Origin: Bacteriovoracaceae bacterium
Lineage (GTDB): Bacteria; Bdellovibrionota; Bacteriovoracia; Bacteriovoracales; Bacteriovoracaceae
NCBI GenBank assembly: GCA_049599895.1
Contig: JBMYPC010000063.1
Coordinates: 1 to 16,766 of the forward strand
Reading direction: 5' to 3'
DNA: 16,766 nucleotides
Part shown: positions 15,884 through 16,766 of the stretch, one piece after another
How positions within the stretch are numbered: the stretch's first letter is position 1
Layout: every line of letters begins with the position of its first letter
Made by a program: the position numbers and the translations under genes
Notes under the pieces: generated by a model
What the model saw: only the letters and a program-made list of their open reading frames with translations
What the model was told of the DNA's origin: nothing
The model's database searches: none

Positions 15884-16096
15884 TCAAAGAAAAAGCTCAG
15901 ACTTCAGGTCAGTAACAAAGTTTTTTAAAACCTGCGCTCGCTTGCTTGCAAGACTTCTTCCCCTTTGGGTTTGCATCAAGTCAGGAAGTTTCAAAAGCTT
16001 AGTTTCAAAATGATCGAGAGCATAGAGCTTGTCATTGCGAGAACGATTTTCTGCCAAGGGGTCATTTTCATCAAAAAGTTTTGATCCCATTCTTCC
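15884..16096 (-). pseudogene. 3' fragment of a YedJ-like HD-domain phosphohydrolase (5' part absent)
   Basis: GRMGSKLFDENDPLAENR...ALDHFETKLLKLPDLMQTQRGRSLA matches the YedJ-type C-terminus as recalled (LFDxxDP...ALDHFxTKLLKLPxxMQTxxG). The same frame upstream of 16097 shows no HD or DADRL motif. Truncation may be an assembly artefact. Confidence 0.8.
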
Positions 16097-16764
16097 CATA
16101 CAAGTCCTGTACGGATAAACTCTCCAATTTCTCCTATGCCGTCTATACTAGCACACATAGTCCAGTCTTTAGCACGTGGTAACCAATCGTACAAATAATA
16201 ATCCTTAAATCTTACACGACTTAAATTACTGTTGTATCTTAAATGAACCTTTTTAAGGTTATCGTCCTGTGCTAACCTATCCATTGCTCGCCAATGTATG
16301 TCGTACATTAGTGGTTCGCCACCTACCCAGTATAATTCTTCAACTGTACCTGAACATATATACTCCCAAAATTCTTCTTCTACTACCTCTTTTTGAAACT
16401 TGTCAATTATCTTTTTATTCTCTGGAACCATGAACGGTTGTTCTTCAGGCGTCCATTGACTATGCTTTCTCTTTTCTGCCTCCCAACTTGAGCTGAGCGG
16501 TTCGCCACACATACGGCATTTAAAATTGCATAAATTACTAACCCTATAATCAAAAGAGATAGGCTCCATTGTAGTGTATCCATTTTCGTCTGTCTCCTCA
16601 AAACATTTATCTATCTTATCTTCAAACAAGTAGCCTGTAAACCATTGCCTATATGTACTTTGACTTAGCACACTATCGTTACAAACATTACATTGTGGTA
16701 TTTCCTCACCTGCCATAAGTTTTTTTCTTATGTCCATCATGTAAGGAGAGTTCCAATGTTCTTT
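15991..16764 (-). CDS. Twitch/SPASM-domain radical SAM protein (partial: start beyond window, genuine sequence ends near 16075)
   Basis: Frame is open to the window edge (KEHWNSPYMMDIRKKLMAGEEIPQCNVC), then NLCNFKCRMC (CxxxCxxC), VGGEPL, YNSNL, SIDGIGE..EFIR. The last ~27 aa are the HD gene read out of frame. Confidence 0.88.
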   Translation of the reverse strand, partial: KEHWNSPYMMDIRKKLMAGEEIPQCNVCNDSVLSQSTYRQWFTGYLFEDKIDKCFEETDENGYTTMEPISFDYRVSNLCNFKCRMCGEPLSSSWEAEKRKHSQWTPEEQPFMVPENKKIIDKFQKEVVEEEFWEYICSGTVEELYWVGGEPLMYDIHWRAMDRLAQDDNLKKVHLRYNSNLSRVRFKDYYLYDWLPRAKDWTMCASIDGIGEIGEFIRTGLVWEEWDQNFLMKMTPWQKIVLAMTSSMLSIILKLSF

Positions 16765-16766
16765 CA

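Noticed and set aside
15884..16099. Independent 71-aa gene starting at ATG 16099, or a programmed-frameshift radical SAM-HD fusion
   Set aside because: The ATG comes from the radical SAM side of the junction, both domains are truncated, and composition changes sharply; a junction explains it better.
16407..16601. 64-aa alternate-frame ORF with a hydrophobic stretch
   Set aside because: Nested in the radical SAM gene across its CxxxCxxC motif, with no independent support.

Overview
Low-GC bacterial core-genome window, most likely Bdellovibrionota (Bacteriovoracia-like; inferred from the dnaX-ybaB-recR-mglB-mglA synteny). About 15.4 kb is one minus-strand gene run: SRP RNA (ffs), dnaX, ybaB, recR, mglB-like, mglA, mtnP, rsmH, ftsL, ftsI, murE, murF, mraY, murD-like, ftsW, murC (runs off the left edge). 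mraZ and murG are missing from their usual positions. A divergent single-domain response regulator follows, then the 3' end of a YedJ-like HD hydrolase joined abruptly at ~16075-16097 to a compositionally foreign twitch-domain radical SAM gene (probable assembly chimera). Main observations: the dcw MurD has lost most catalytic and D-Glu-binding residues while keeping nucleotide-binding ones (candidate pseudo-ligase); dnaX has an A9 run with stops directly after it in both shifted frames (gamma subunit by slippage); three REP-like palindromes lie between murD and ftsW; FtsI has KTS in place of KTG.
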